From the NCBI GenBank assembly GCA_020346825.1, contig CP070791.1, positions 920,463 to 961,489 on the forward strand: a stretch of 41,027 nucleotides of DNA, in the 5' to 3' direction. The notes below the pieces were generated by a model. The model was not told where the DNA came from, did no database searches, and saw only the letters and a program-made list of their open reading frames with translations. The position numbers and the translations under genes are program-made. Positions 10,458-20,369 of this stretch are shown here, piece after piece. Every line of letters begins with the position of its first letter. The first letter of the stretch is position 1. The stretch is from Candidatus Bathyarchaeota archaeon (lineage in GTDB: Archaea > Thermoproteota > Bathyarchaeia > Bathyarchaeales > Bathyarchaeaceae).

Positions 10458-11276
10458 TTAGGCTACAAATTTGAGGGTCAGATATCCGCATGCTAGGAGG
10501 ATGACGCTGTGTTTCAAGCCCGCTCCGATTGTTCCTTCGCCCATTTTTCCAGCCATGAGGCCACCGAAGAAGGCTTGAATGGAACTCATGTGAAAGAAAA
10601 CCCTTCTAGCTTCTTCTGGTGTCATTATGGCTGCAAACTCTGCAGTAGATATCTCTGACATACGTACAAAGAAGGATTTGAAGAGCATGACAATGGTGAA
10701 GAGGAAGACGAAGAACGCGATATAGGTAATTGCTACGTAAGGTCTAGTTTGGGTTTTTCGCTCCGCATCAAAACTCAGAGTTGTCTGCACGAATTTTTCC
10801 ATAGGATCAAAAACCTTTTCAACTCGTCCTCCAGATCTGCTGGCTTCAAGGATCAAAGGAACTGTTCGTCTTATGAGAGTCGTGTCAACGCGATCGCTGA
10901 GGGATTGAAGCGCCTTTTCGAAGGGGACTCCCCAACTCATCTGGGCTACCATCTTCTTCAACTCTTTGGCTAGAGGTCCATAACGTCTTTTGGAGACTTC
11001 TTCCAGGGCTTTTGGCAGAGTCATACCAGTTTTTTGAGCTTGAACTATGCTTCGGAAGAGGTCAGGAAGATGTTTGTCTATTGATCTCTTCCAACGATAG
11101 TCGATGTAGTCGAGCACTGCAGGAGGAAAAACGGTGATCACCACTGCCAAAATCAGATACTCGTCAAAGAGAGGGCTGCCTTGAAGCATTATGCACGCTG
11201 TTACAATTATGGTGACTCCTAGAACACTGGATACGATCCAAGCAATCTTCTTCTCCCATTTATCAACTTTAGGCAT
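10458..11276 (-). CDS. Type IV pilus membrane platform protein (T2SS F/TadC-like)
   Basis: IDKHLPDLFRSI, GMTLPKAL, YGPLAKEL, GLMAGKMGEG, GLKH. Confidence 0.88.
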   Translation of the reverse strand: MPKVDKWEKKIAWIVSSVLGVTIIVTACIMLQGSPLFDEYLILAVVITVFPPAVLDYIDYRWKRSIDKHLPDLFRSIVQAQKTGMTLPKALEEVSKRRYGPLAKELKKMVAQMSWGVPFEKALQSLSDRVDTTLIRRTVPLILEASRSGGRVEKVFDPMEKFVQTTLSFDAERKTQTRPYVAITYIAFFVFLFTIVMLFKSFFVRMSEISTAEFAAIMTPEEARRVFFHMSSIQAFFGGLMAGKMGEGTIGAGLKHSVILLACGYLTLKFVA

Positions 11277-11280
11277 ATTT

Positions 11281-12285
11281 TCATCGCTTCGGTGAGATCA
11301 TATCTAGGATTATGAGAAACATGATTGATCCAACTGGCAAGCCAATATACGTTAAAAGGAACAGCAGTAGACGTGGATCAAGCGGTCCAGCTCCGCTTGC
11401 ACCAAGCATCGCCATCACTGAAAGCATTACAACGAAGATGAGGGAACCAGCAACCATTAGAGTGACGTAAAACTCTGCCAACACTGAGAGGGTATCTGAA
11501 AATCGACGCAGTGCAATCCGCTTAAGTTTCATGTATTGACGCGATCGGTCCCTTAGATACTTTGCCAAGCTTCCTCCCGAGCGAAGTGTAGCAATGAAGC
11601 CCTCAAGTAATTCTTTAAACCTTTCAGAAGGTGTTCGTATAGAGGTAGCTTCTAGAGCTGAAATGACGTCAAAACCGAAGAGCTCTACATCCCGCATTAT
11701 GGTTCTCGCTTCTTTGGAGACCGCCAACGAAGCGTCAACAAGAGCTAGAGAACGAAATATAACGTCTGGTGGCACCCCAGCACCCGCCAAAATCGACATG
11801 TACCCTGCGGTGAAGGGAAGCCCGTCCTCCAAGGTCCTTTTCAGACTATCAGCACGATAAATTGGGTAGAAATAGAAACCGACTACAGCTAAGGCACCTG
11901 CGAACAAGCTAATTCCTATTCCAAAAAGAAGAGATGAAACAAGAGAAAGCTTAAAAACGAAGATTAGGAGCATCGGAACAAGAATCAGAACCGATATAGA
12001 AAGAAGCAAAGCTGTCAGAATGACTGTGCTAACGTATGCCTTGAAGTTGACTTTTATTCCAGATTTTCGCAAGCTCACATCCAAGTCTTTGAACAGGGGC
12101 AAAAACCTGTTTGCTCTTCCTCCAATGACTTGATAGGAGAGAACCTGAGGTTTTGTTGCACCTAATTGAAGACGCTCAATCCAGCAGTGAAAACGACGCG
12201 TAACGGGAGAGAAATGTGGGCGAAGGCTGTTTTTAGCGCGTTGACAAACTTTTTTGATTCTCTTCCTAGTTCTGCTTAGAATCAT
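11281..12285 (-). CDS. Type IV pilus membrane platform protein (T2SS F/TadB-like)
   Basis: LPFTAGYMSILAGAG, RDVELFGFD, TPSERFKELLEG; multiple TM segments. Confidence 0.88.
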   Translation of the reverse strand: MILSRTRKRIKKVCQRAKNSLRPHFSPVTRRFHCWIERLQLGATKPQVLSYQVIGGRANRFLPLFKDLDVSLRKSGIKVNFKAYVSTVILTALLLSISVLILVPMLLIFVFKLSLVSSLLFGIGISLFAGALAVVGFYFYPIYRADSLKRTLEDGLPFTAGYMSILAGAGVPPDVIFRSLALVDASLAVSKEARTIMRDVELFGFDVISALEATSIRTPSERFKELLEGFIATLRSGGSLAKYLRDRSRQYMKLKRIALRRFSDTLSVLAEFYVTLMVAGSLIFVVMLSVMAMLGASGAGPLDPRLLLFLLTYIGLPVGSIMFLIILDMISPKR

Positions 12286-13799
12286 GTCATCCCCAACCTT
12301 GCTCTACGATAAACGCGGGAAGGATCAGCATAGTATTCTCTTATGACTGAGGCAACATCGGTGTGTTTGCGAATTCCTTTTTTCACCATCCAATCTAGAA
12401 CTATTTTTCTTCGAAGAAGCTCCTCTCGAACCTCTTCTTCACCGATCCCTAGACGCTTAATCTTTTGCTCTAGAATGCAACTGCGACCAGAATACAGGAA
12501 GGCATCATGTTTGGCATCCCATCGATACGCTTCATTCGTTAGGAGTTCCTGCGTCCTAGAATCCAAACCAATCATCTCTGTAACTGTGCGGGTTCTTCTT
12601 GCAGGTTTTCCATCGACTTCGGTTCTCAACTGAACCATTACAGCATCAATCATTGTAAGGAGGGGTCTCGGGATGTTCATGGGTTCTGACACCAGACGGT
12701 GAATAACGGAGCTCACAGATTCGCCGTGGATTGTACCCATTCCCAGGTGGCCTGTGGCCATTGCTTGGAAGAGTGTGTAAGCTTCTTCACCGCGAACTTC
12801 ACCTACAAGTAGGTAGTCCGGTCTCTGCCTAACAGCCGTCTTCAAGAGATCAAACAGTGTAATTGCACCCCTTTCTTTTTCGTCATGTCCGAATCCTGAT
12901 CGTACGACCGATGGAATCCAGTTTTCATGGGGTAGGTTAAGTTCGGCAGTGTCCTCTACGCTAACTATTTTTAGTCCCGGTTTTATGAACATTGACAGAC
13001 AATTAAGTACGGTCGTTTTTCCTGCTGCCACTCCTCCCGCTACGAGAATTGATGCTCTGTTTTCGATGGCATACCAGAAGTATGAAGCCATGGCAGATGA
13101 AAGGGTGCCTAAGGAAATTAAGTCTGAAATGGTTAGGGGGTCGACGCGAAAACGGCGAATTGTGAATGTTGAGCCTTTTCGAGTAATCTCTTTTCCATAA
13201 CTCATTTGGATGCGGCTTCCATCGGGGAGGGAAGCGTCAAGTAATGGCGCAGCAAAGGAGATATTCTTTCCTGCAAGATAGGCAAACCTTACTATGAAGG
13301 AGTTAAGTTCGTCAACATCATTGAAGAGGATGTTTGTTGGAATGGATTCATATTCGCGGTGCCACACGTAGATGGGTATGTTAACTCCGTCTGCTGAGAT
13401 GTCTTCAATCAAAGGGTCTCTCATAAGTGGGTCAATCTTTCCGAAGCCAAGAAAGTCGCGTATGATGTAGTAAATGAGTTTGTCTGTGGCTTCTTGGGCG
13501 ATTTCCAATTGATAGTCTTTAATGATCTCGCGAATCTTGTTTTTGAGATATTCTTCAGCTTTTTTTCGTGTTCCAACCTCTTTGAGATTAACGTCAATTT
13601 CTGTAATGAGCAAGCCTTTGATTTCTTTGAGTTTATCCTCTTCTTCTTTGAGGAGGGTGGGTTCAATAACTTCATATCTTATTCTCTGTGTGTTTGGTTC
13701 TCTGACAAGTGCAGCGTAGACGTAGGGCTCATGAATGGGATAGACTTCTCGGAAAACCGATGGTTTTTTTTCTTGCACCGATTTTGACTCGATTTCCAT
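12282..13799 (-). CDS. Type IV pilus assembly ATPase (VirB11/TadA/ArlI family)
   Basis: Walker A GGVAAGKTT, Asp box EDTAEL, RQRPDYLLVGEVRGEEA, His box TGH..TIH. Confidence 0.93.
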   Translation of the reverse strand: MEIESKSVQEKKPSVFREVYPIHEPYVYAALVREPNTQRIRYEVIEPTLLKEEEDKLKEIKGLLITEIDVNLKEVGTRKKAEEYLKNKIREIIKDYQLEIAQEATDKLIYYIIRDFLGFGKIDPLMRDPLIEDISADGVNIPIYVWHREYESIPTNILFNDVDELNSFIVRFAYLAGKNISFAAPLLDASLPDGSRIQMSYGKEITRKGSTFTIRRFRVDPLTISDLISLGTLSSAMASYFWYAIENRASILVAGGVAAGKTTVLNCLSMFIKPGLKIVSVEDTAELNLPHENWIPSVVRSGFGHDEKERGAITLFDLLKTAVRQRPDYLLVGEVRGEEAYTLFQAMATGHLGMGTIHGESVSSVIHRLVSEPMNIPRPLLTMIDAVMVQLRTEVDGKPARRTRTVTEMIGLDSRTQELLTNEAYRWDAKHDAFLYSGRSCILEQKIKRLGIGEEEVREELLRRKIVLDWMVKKGIRKHTDVASVIREYYADPSRVYRRARLGMT

Positions 13800-13896
13800 T
13801 AGCCCTCACGTTTACTCCGCTTTCTAGCTTTTCCGCTAGGGAATTAGCTACCAACGCTGACTAGCGGATTTCTCGACGAGAATATATTGTATAGCA

Positions 13897-13912
13897 AGAC
13901 TTAATAAAGTCT
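13897..13912 (-). promoter_or_regulatory. Putative TATA box of the pilus operon inside a 6-bp inverted repeat (possible operator)
   Basis: Minus strand AGACTT-TATT-AAGTCT, containing TTTATTAA about 100 bp upstream of the ATPase ATG. Confidence 0.5.
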
Positions 13913-13952
13913 ATGGATGGAAAATCACTTACAAAACCACAGCCTAAACGAG

Positions 13953-15731
13953 CTAGGCTGCCCAGAAAGGAGATTTGCGCCGCATCACTTCCACTAAATC
14001 ATTTAACACCCCAAGTTCCTCCGAGGACAGGCGATCTTGAAACTTCGACAGCAAGGTTTTGACCTGGACTTCAGGCACTCTAACGAAAAATATGTCCCCT
14101 TCCTGAATATGACGTCCTACAATCGGTTTATTCAACGAAACAGCTACTTGCATTCCAGCATTAGCCCCTGACACCGCCTGACCGCGATCTTGAATTTGCA
14201 TGATCTCACCGACCTCTCGTCCATCTTCTTTAACAAGAAGATGTCTTGGTTGGATACGTCCCGCCAAAACTTCCATCCCAACTATGGCTGGTTTCGCTTT
14301 CCTGAACACGTAACCAGGAATGAACCTAGCCTTACCTGGTTTGACTAATCTATCAAACTCGTCTTTAAGTTTAGCTTCCTTCTCGCTCCTAATCCATTGC
14401 GTGTAATCGTCAATTAGATGGTAGATGATGGCATGTCGAAAAATGGGGACTCCTCGAGTCTTCGCTTCTTCCGCTGCATCTGGCAACACCCTCACATTGA
14501 AGGCTAAGATCGCTCCATGAAGGGGTTCACGTTCCTTAACCACAGCAGCCTCGGTGACATCTCGCTTGGAAACATCGCCAACGTCCGCCAATCTTATCGG
14601 AACGTTGTTCCGTTTCAAACTCTCAGCAATGGCTTCAAGGGACCCCAACGCATCGGTTTTCAACACGACACCTTCCACATCCGTGGCGACTCTAATTTTC
14701 TCAACTTCTTCAGAAACCGATTTAACGTAGTTTTTCAGGCGGTTTTCAGAGGGAACTACATACAAAGGTGCACCAGCTAAAGCTTCTTCAAGATTTGGCG
14801 CCGCAATCTTTATTCCAGCTGCAGCGGAAACCGCTTGCACCGAGGAGAACTTATCTCGAGGATCTCGAATCTCGTCTAAGGGTTTTGGCAAAAGAACAGC
14901 TCGGACATTGGTCACGATGGGTTTTTCTCTGGCACCCACAACTATTATGTCTCCTTTCTTGAGAACCCCATCATAAATTATTACGTTGATAGTGATACCC
15001 AATCCCGGTTCCTCTTTGACTTCTAAAACAGTTCCTTTTGCTGGTCCCTTTGTTACCCGGAGGATGGGACGCAAATATTGTTGAGTTAAGCCAACGAGAA
15101 CTGCCAGAAGTTCGGGTATACCCTCGCCTGTTTTGGCGCTCGTTGGGACAACAGCGATGTTTTTTGTGAAATCAACTATTTTGTCAAATCGGTCTGCTCT
15201 AAAACCAAGTCTAGAAAAGGTTCCAAAAATTGTGTATAACTTTTCATCTAGATCTTGGCGAACATACGGATCTTGACTCCTGTAGGACGCCAAAAAGGTT
15301 CCGTCAAGCTTGGATTTCCACCCCGGTAAGCGATCAATTTTGTTTGCGGCTACAAGAAAAGGCGTCTTCCTGGCCTTCAAGATGTCAACACACTCGTATG
15401 TCTGAGACTCAAACCCTCTCAGAACATCAATAACAAGAATAGCGATATCTGCTACCGCTCCACCTCTCTTCCTCAGGTTGGCAAAGGCTTCATGACCTGG
15501 CGTATCGATGACAAGCAATCCAGGGATTCGCACCCTCCTCTTTAACCCTTTCAGAAGAGGCCCACATACTTTGACAAGGATCTTAACGGGAAAAAAACTC
15601 GCTCCAATGTGTTGAGTTATGCCTCCAGCTTCACGGGCTTGAACACTGCTCTTTCTGATACGATCTAGCAGTAGAGTCTTTCCAGTGTCGATGTGACCCA
15701 ACACGCACACGATGGGTTGTCGTACAGGCAT
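13953..15731 (-). CDS. infB: Translation initiation factor aIF5B (IF-2)
   Basis: MPVRQPIVCVLGHIDTGKT, EAGGITQHIGA, DTPGHEAF, NKID; start set at ATG 15731. Confidence 0.96.
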   Translation of the reverse strand: MPVRQPIVCVLGHIDTGKTLLLDRIRKSSVQAREAGGITQHIGASFFPVKILVKVCGPLLKGLKRRVRIPGLLVIDTPGHEAFANLRKRGGAVADIAILVIDVLRGFESQTYECVDILKARKTPFLVAANKIDRLPGWKSKLDGTFLASYRSQDPYVRQDLDEKLYTIFGTFSRLGFRADRFDKIVDFTKNIAVVPTSAKTGEGIPELLAVLVGLTQQYLRPILRVTKGPAKGTVLEVKEEPGLGITINVIIYDGVLKKGDIIVVGAREKPIVTNVRAVLLPKPLDEIRDPRDKFSSVQAVSAAAGIKIAAPNLEEALAGAPLYVVPSENRLKNYVKSVSEEVEKIRVATDVEGVVLKTDALGSLEAIAESLKRNNVPIRLADVGDVSKRDVTEAAVVKEREPLHGAILAFNVRVLPDAAEEAKTRGVPIFRHAIIYHLIDDYTQWIRSEKEAKLKDEFDRLVKPGKARFIPGYVFRKAKPAIVGMEVLAGRIQPRHLLVKEDGREVGEIMQIQDRGQAVSGANAGMQVAVSLNKPIVGRHIQEGDIFFVRVPEVQVKTLLSKFQDRLSSEELGVLNDLVEVMRRKSPFWAA

Positions 15732-15929
15732 ACAGCTTTCCTCGCTGTCTATTATTGGAAGCAGCAATTATTAGATTCTATCATGAATGACTCGTCAACG
15801 TTATAAACCGTTTCGCTAGGTTCTGCGCGCGCGAAAACTGAAAAGCAAAACCTGATCCACATGGGCTTTGAAGCCGATGCCAAACTGGCTATCGTTAGCT
15901 CGCTGTAAGATTGGAGGACATTTGTGTAA

Positions 15930-16598
15930 CTAGATTCTTCGTCTTCGTGAATCCTCACCAAGATTTTGGAGATGCTTTTCACATTGAGAAATTACTTTGT
16001 CAACTTCTTCAAATTTGTAGTTTGCGTCAATAATGGCAAGCAACTTCCTCTTTCTAAAGTAACCTATCACGGGCTTCGTTTTTTCAAGATACACTCTTAA
16101 CCGGTTCTTTATGGCTTGAGGCGCCTCATCTGAGCGTAAGTAAAGCTTCCCTCCACAGCGGTCGCATATTCCCTCAAGTTTGGGAGGGACCTCTTTCACG
16201 TGGTATGTTGCTCCACATTCTCTACAGGTTCTTCTCCCGCCAAGCCTAGACATGATGATCCACTCAGAAGCGACGAAATTTAAGACCTTACTGATTTTTT
16301 TGAATCTTTCCATAGCTTCTGCTTGGGCAATTGTCCTTGGAAAACCGTCGAGGAAAAACCCGTTTTTGCAGTCGTCTTCCTGCAATCTTTTTTTCACTAG
16401 TTCAATGGTTGTTTCGTCGGGAACTAGGTCTCCACGAGATACGTAATCTTCTATTTTCCTACCTAGTTCTGTTTCATTCTTCATGGCTTTGCGGAACAGG
16501 TCTCCAACGGAGATTCTTGGTATGTTAAATTTTTCTGAAAGGATTTTGGCGTAGGTGCCTTTGCCTACTCCGGGAGATCCCAGTATGACGATGTTCAC
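15930..16598 (-). CDS. adk: Adenylate kinase, bacterial long-LID Zn-binding type
   Basis: GSPGVGKGT P-loop, GDLVPDE, LDGFPRT, LID CRECG...CDRCGG, RSDE. Confidence 0.92.
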   Translation of the reverse strand: MNIVILGSPGVGKGTYAKILSEKFNIPRISVGDLFRKAMKNETELGRKIEDYVSRGDLVPDETTIELVKKRLQEDDCKNGFFLDGFPRTIAQAEAMERFKKISKVLNFVASEWIIMSRLGGRRTCRECGATYHVKEVPPKLEGICDRCGGKLYLRSDEAPQAIKNRLRVYLEKTKPVIGYFRKRKLLAIIDANYKFEEVDKVISQCEKHLQNLGEDSRRRRI

Positions 16599-16659
16599 TG
16601 TTCATCACTTTAGCCTCTTCATGATTTCTTCTTCCTTATAAAAGGAGGGGCTTGTTCAA

Positions 16660-16863
16660 TCAGGCTTTGCCCTTCTCTTCTTTTCCAAAGTATTTTGTCC
16701 AGCGAACCTTGCGGGAATCACGTTTTAGCTCAACGGAGCTTTTTCTGCACTTGCTTGAACAGAACCATAGAAGGGTTCCGTCGTTTCTCACATACATGGC
16801 TCCGGTGCCTGGGGGAAACTCGTGTCCGCAAAAGGAGCAGAGTCTGGTTTTTGGCACTGGCAA
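16660..16863 (-). CDS. rpl24e: 50S ribosomal protein L24e
   Basis: CSFCG..FPPGTG.MYVRNDG...FCSSKC...WT. Confidence 0.96.
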   Translation of the reverse strand: MPVPKTRLCSFCGHEFPPGTGAMYVRNDGTLLWFCSSKCRKSSVELKRDSRKVRWTKYFGKEEKGKA

Positions 16864-16880
16864 CCCCTCACATGAGTGTA

Positions 16881-17102
16881 TCAGCGTCTAATTTTCTTGG
16901 CTTCTCTTTCAGTTTCCCTCAGCATAAGAACGTCGTTGCTTCGCACCGGACCTTTCACGTTTCTTGTGATGATTCGTCCCTTGTCTCTTCCTTCAAGCAC
17001 CCGAACTCTTACTTGAGTAATCTCACCTGTAAGTCCTGTTCGACCTATCACTTGAATGACTTCAGCAGGAATAAGCTCATCTTTTGCCTCTATGTCGCTC
17101 AT
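16881..17102 (-). CDS. rps28e: 30S ribosomal protein S28e
   Basis: [27 protein letters not shown]. Confidence 0.96.
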   Translation of the reverse strand: MSDIEAKDELIPAEVIQVIGRTGLTGEITQVRVRVLEGRDKGRIITRNVKGPVRSNDVLMLRETEREAKKIRR

Positions 17103-17485
17103 CCACTAGGGCCCTTCTTTTTCAGTTCCTCAATTCGATTGGAGATCTCTTTCACCAAAGCCACTGCGTCGCCAACCTCGTTTATGCTTACTGAAGCAGC
17201 GGGAACGTCTATGCCCGCCGAGGTTCCGAGTTTTCTCTTGTTGGGTACAAATATATATGGGATTTTTCGTTCCTCGCAGAGAAGCGGGAGATGCGCTATG
17301 ACTTCCGGCGGATCTACATCTTCTGCTATGACAACAAGTTTTGCTTTTCCGCGTTCCACAGCTTTCGTTGTTTCGTTGGTGCCTTTTCTAACAGAACCTG
17401 TTTGATTGGCTATTTGCAGGGCTTCATAGGCAGCATCTGCCAATTCTTTCGGAACTTCAATTTTTACGTAAAACGGCTTTGACAT
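17099..17485 (-). CDS. rpl7ae: 50S ribosomal protein L7Ae
   Basis: [29 protein letters not shown]. Confidence 0.97.
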   Translation of the reverse strand: MSKPFYVKIEVPKELADAAYEALQIANQTGSVRKGTNETTKAVERGKAKLVVIAEDVDPPEVIAHLPLLCEERKIPYIFVPNKRKLGTSAGIDVPAASVSINEVGDAVALVKEISNRIEELKKKGPSG

Positions 17486-17595
17486 TAAGCCTCACCCTTC
17501 TAAGTGCTGAGGTTTATCAACGAAAGGGTTTATGAATGTTTCGACCTAGGCAACATGTCTCTGTAGTGTTGCCAACCTACTACAGGAAGAGTTTG

Positions 17596-19344
17596 TTATC
17601 GATGGGCAAAATGCGCTGTTAGCTTGTCTCTTACTTTGTCAACTCGTACGAAGCCGAAACGCTCAAATTGAATAATTCTATCTGTGGTCAACTCTTTACA
17701 AGCCTCTTCAGCGATACCTTTTGCTGTTGAAGCGTCGGGCATTACAACTTCACATGGAATACCGCTGTCTGCAGGGATCCAATGAATCAGAGGGACCCCA
17801 ATTTTCTTGGCTTCTTCATAAGATTCGCTGTGAAAAATGGCCTTAATCAAGTTTTTCTCGACTTTTTCAACTTGGAAATTGAAGAGATCCATTAACCTTA
17901 TTCTTCTTTTCTTTTTCAAGATATTCAAATCATCGTTTGAAACCAGAAAGGATGTTTCCTTCTTATGTGGCGCTATTTTGAAGGAACGAAAGCCCTTTTC
18001 AGGATGACCTGGATGTAGAGGGACCCGCGCTGCAAAGGTGTGTGGAATATTTTTCACGGTCAGCTTTTTTGGATCGTGCACAAAGAAATATCGGTTCGCA
18101 ATTAGATCAACTATCTTTCTGTTGTATGCGTATAGATTTTTCCAGCTTAAGACAACGTCTGCTGTTTTGGGACCAACATCCATCATCAACTGTCGGATTG
18201 CCTCAGGCGTTATTCCTCTTCTTCTCAAAGCGGCAAGAGTAGCGAGTCTGGGATCATCCCAGTGTTTATAGAATCCGTCTCTGAGGCCTTGGAGAATTAC
18301 TGATTTGCTTAGGGACGCTCCGGTTATCTTTAGTCTGCCATAGTGAATTGCCTCTGGGTATTTCCATCCGAAGTGGTGATACATGTATTCTTGTCTTGTC
18401 TGATTGGTTAGGTGTTCTTTTCCTCTTATGACATGAGTTATGGCCATAAGATGATCATCGATGCCACAGGCGAAATTGTAGAGGGGCCAAACGCGATATT
18501 TGCTTCCCACTCTTGGGTGAGGATGCTTTGTGGTGTCAATTATTCTCAGGGCAGGCCAATCTCGAACAGCGGGATTCGGGTGGTTCATGTCCGTTTTGAT
18601 TCGTACAACAGCCTTTCCTTCGCCATAGGCTCCATTCAACATATGATTCCAACGAAGAAGGTTTTCGCTGGGCGTTAGGTCCCGACATAGACAAGATTTT
18701 CTAATTCTTGCCTTTTGTTGGAAATCTTTGCGTCTACATGTGCAGACGTATGCGTGACCCCCTTTGAGGATTCTCTTGGCGTGTTCATAATAGATGGACA
18801 GTCTATCGCTTTGAATAAACTCGGTATCCCATTTGCAACCGAGCCACGTTACGTCTGTACGTATTAGATCGTAAAACTGCAAACTCGGTTTTTTCATCTT
18901 TGGGTCTGTGTCTTCAAACCGGAGATAAAATCTTCCTTTGTACATTTTCGCGTATTCGTGACTAAGAATTATGGCTCTGGCAGAGCCGAGGTGCAAGACG
19001 AAATCTGGATTAGGCGAAAAACGGGTGACAACCTGTTCATATTTTTCAACATTTAACAACGGAAGTAAAATCTTCTCGCCTTCAATTTTTTCGCTAATCA
19101 AGACTTCGGGCCACTTTTCCTCTACTATCCTTCTCTGCTTCCCTAAAGGGAGTTTGTTAACTTCTCTTACAACGTCATTAATGATGGAAGCAGTCTCTTT
19201 GATTTTTTGTCTTAGATGGGGGCACTTGCCCAGTAGCTTGCCTAGAACCGGTTTTGATTGAGCCTTTCCCCCGTGACGAAGCGCGTTCAGAAGAGCGATT
19301 TTATGAGCAATCTCTTCAACTTCCATATTCTTGTCCGGAGTCAA
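17596..19344 (-). CDS. gltX: Glutamate--tRNA ligase (archaeal type)
   Basis: TRFSPNPDFVLHLGS (HIGH-like), LRFEDTDP, RGKEH, LSKS, QFERFGF. Confidence 0.95.
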   Translation of the reverse strand: MTPDKNMEVEEIAHKIALLNALRHGGKAQSKPVLGKLLGKCPHLRQKIKETASIINDVVREVNKLPLGKQRRIVEEKWPEVLISEKIEGEKILLPLLNVEKYEQVVTRFSPNPDFVLHLGSARAIILSHEYAKMYKGRFYLRFEDTDPKMKKPSLQFYDLIRTDVTWLGCKWDTEFIQSDRLSIYYEHAKRILKGGHAYVCTCRRKDFQQKARIRKSCLCRDLTPSENLLRWNHMLNGAYGEGKAVVRIKTDMNHPNPAVRDWPALRIIDTTKHPHPRVGSKYRVWPLYNFACGIDDHLMAITHVIRGKEHLTNQTRQEYMYHHFGWKYPEAIHYGRLKITGASLSKSVILQGLRDGFYKHWDDPRLATLAALRRRGITPEAIRQLMMDVGPKTADVVLSWKNLYAYNRKIVDLIANRYFFVHDPKKLTVKNIPHTFAARVPLHPGHPEKGFRSFKIAPHKKETSFLVSNDDLNILKKKRRIRLMDLFNFQVEKVEKNLIKAIFHSESYEEAKKIGVPLIHWIPADSGIPCEVVMPDASTAKGIAEEACKELTTDRIIQFERFGFVRVDKVRDKLTAHFAHR

Positions 19345-19367
19345 GGTTTGCCACTTAGTTTTGAGCT

Positions 19368-20369
19368 TTAATGCTTTCTCGCAAAAATGAGGTCAGCGAG
19401 GTTTATGAGAGCTTCTCTTTCTTTGGTGTCGGAGAAGTTCGACAATGCTTTTTTTGATTCTTCAATATACTCTTTTGCTTTGTCTTCCACGTATTTGATA
19501 GAACCCAGAGAAGTAACAAGGCCAACTATTTCTTTTGTTTTGGTGGGAGAGGAGGAACTGTTTCCTAAGGTTTCAAGAATCTTCTTCCTTTGACTTCTTG
19601 AAGCATGTTTGAGGGCGTGGACAATTATCAGCGTTCTTTTTCCTTCGCGAATGTCGCTTCCAACGGGTTTCCCAAGGGCTTTTTCGTTGGCGGTCAGACC
19701 GAGAACGTCGTCAACTAGCTGAAATGCTATACCAGCACAATACCCATATTTTCCAAGGAGTGCGACTTGACTTTCTTTTGCCCCACCAAGTATCCCTCCG
19801 CATTTTGCAGAAGTTTCAAACAAGGCAGCAGTTTTTGCTTGAATCATTTTGAAGTATTCCTTCTCTAGGATCGTCCTTTTGTGTTCAAACATCATATCGA
19901 AGGTTTGCCCTTCGCATATAGTCACAGTTGCATCGCTGACGTTCCTTAGAACTTGTAAGATGCGTTTAGGTGATACGCGCTCAAGGTCAGAGTATTTAGT
20001 GATTGTTTCAAAAACCTTGGCGAAAAGAAGGTCTCCCGATACAATGGCGGTTGGTACTCCCCATTTGGTGTGAACGGTTGGGAGGCCTCTTCTTTTTTCA
20101 TCTTCATCCATTATGTCGTCGTGAATAAGGGTGAAGGTGTGAAGGAGTTCTAGAGCGGCTGCTGTTGGAATGGCGTCCTCTTCCCTTCCTCCGACCAATT
20201 TACAGCTTTTTAAGACGAGGAATGGCCTCAGTCTCTTCCCTCCAGCGTCAATTATGTGACGGGCGGCTCGATAGAGCAGCGCAGGTTCGCGTTCAAGTTC
20301 AACGACCTCTTTGATGAAGCTATTCACTCTGTCAGCTGTTTCAACCAGTTGAAATGATAAGTGGCTCAT
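19368..20369 (-). CDS. idsA: Geranylgeranyl diphosphate synthase
   Basis: GGKRLRP, FARM FTLIHDDIMDEDEKRRG, KT, SARM FQLVDD. Confidence 0.93.
   Translation of the reverse strand: MSHLSFQLVETADRVNSFIKEVVELEREPALLYRAARHIIDAGGKRLRPFLVLKSCKLVGGREEDAIPTAAALELLHTFTLIHDDIMDEDEKRRGLPTVHTKWGVPTAIVSGDLLFAKVFETITKYSDLERVSPKRILQVLRNVSDATVTICEGQTFDMMFEHKRTILEKEYFKMIQAKTAALFETSAKCGGILGGAKESQVALLGKYGYCAGIAFQLVDDVLGLTANEKALGKPVGSDIREGKRTLIIVHALKHASRSQRKKILETLGNSSSSPTKTKEIVGLVTSLGSIKYVEDKAKEYIEESKKALSNFSDTKEREALINLADLIFARKH

Noticed and set aside
15752..15982. 76-aa minus-strand ORF as a possible ndk remnant
   Set aside because: No Ndk motifs; it spans the infB promoter (TTTATAA) and a GC tract
16695..17405. 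236-aa plus-strand ORF
   Set aside because: Antisense to rpl24e, rps28e and rpl7ae
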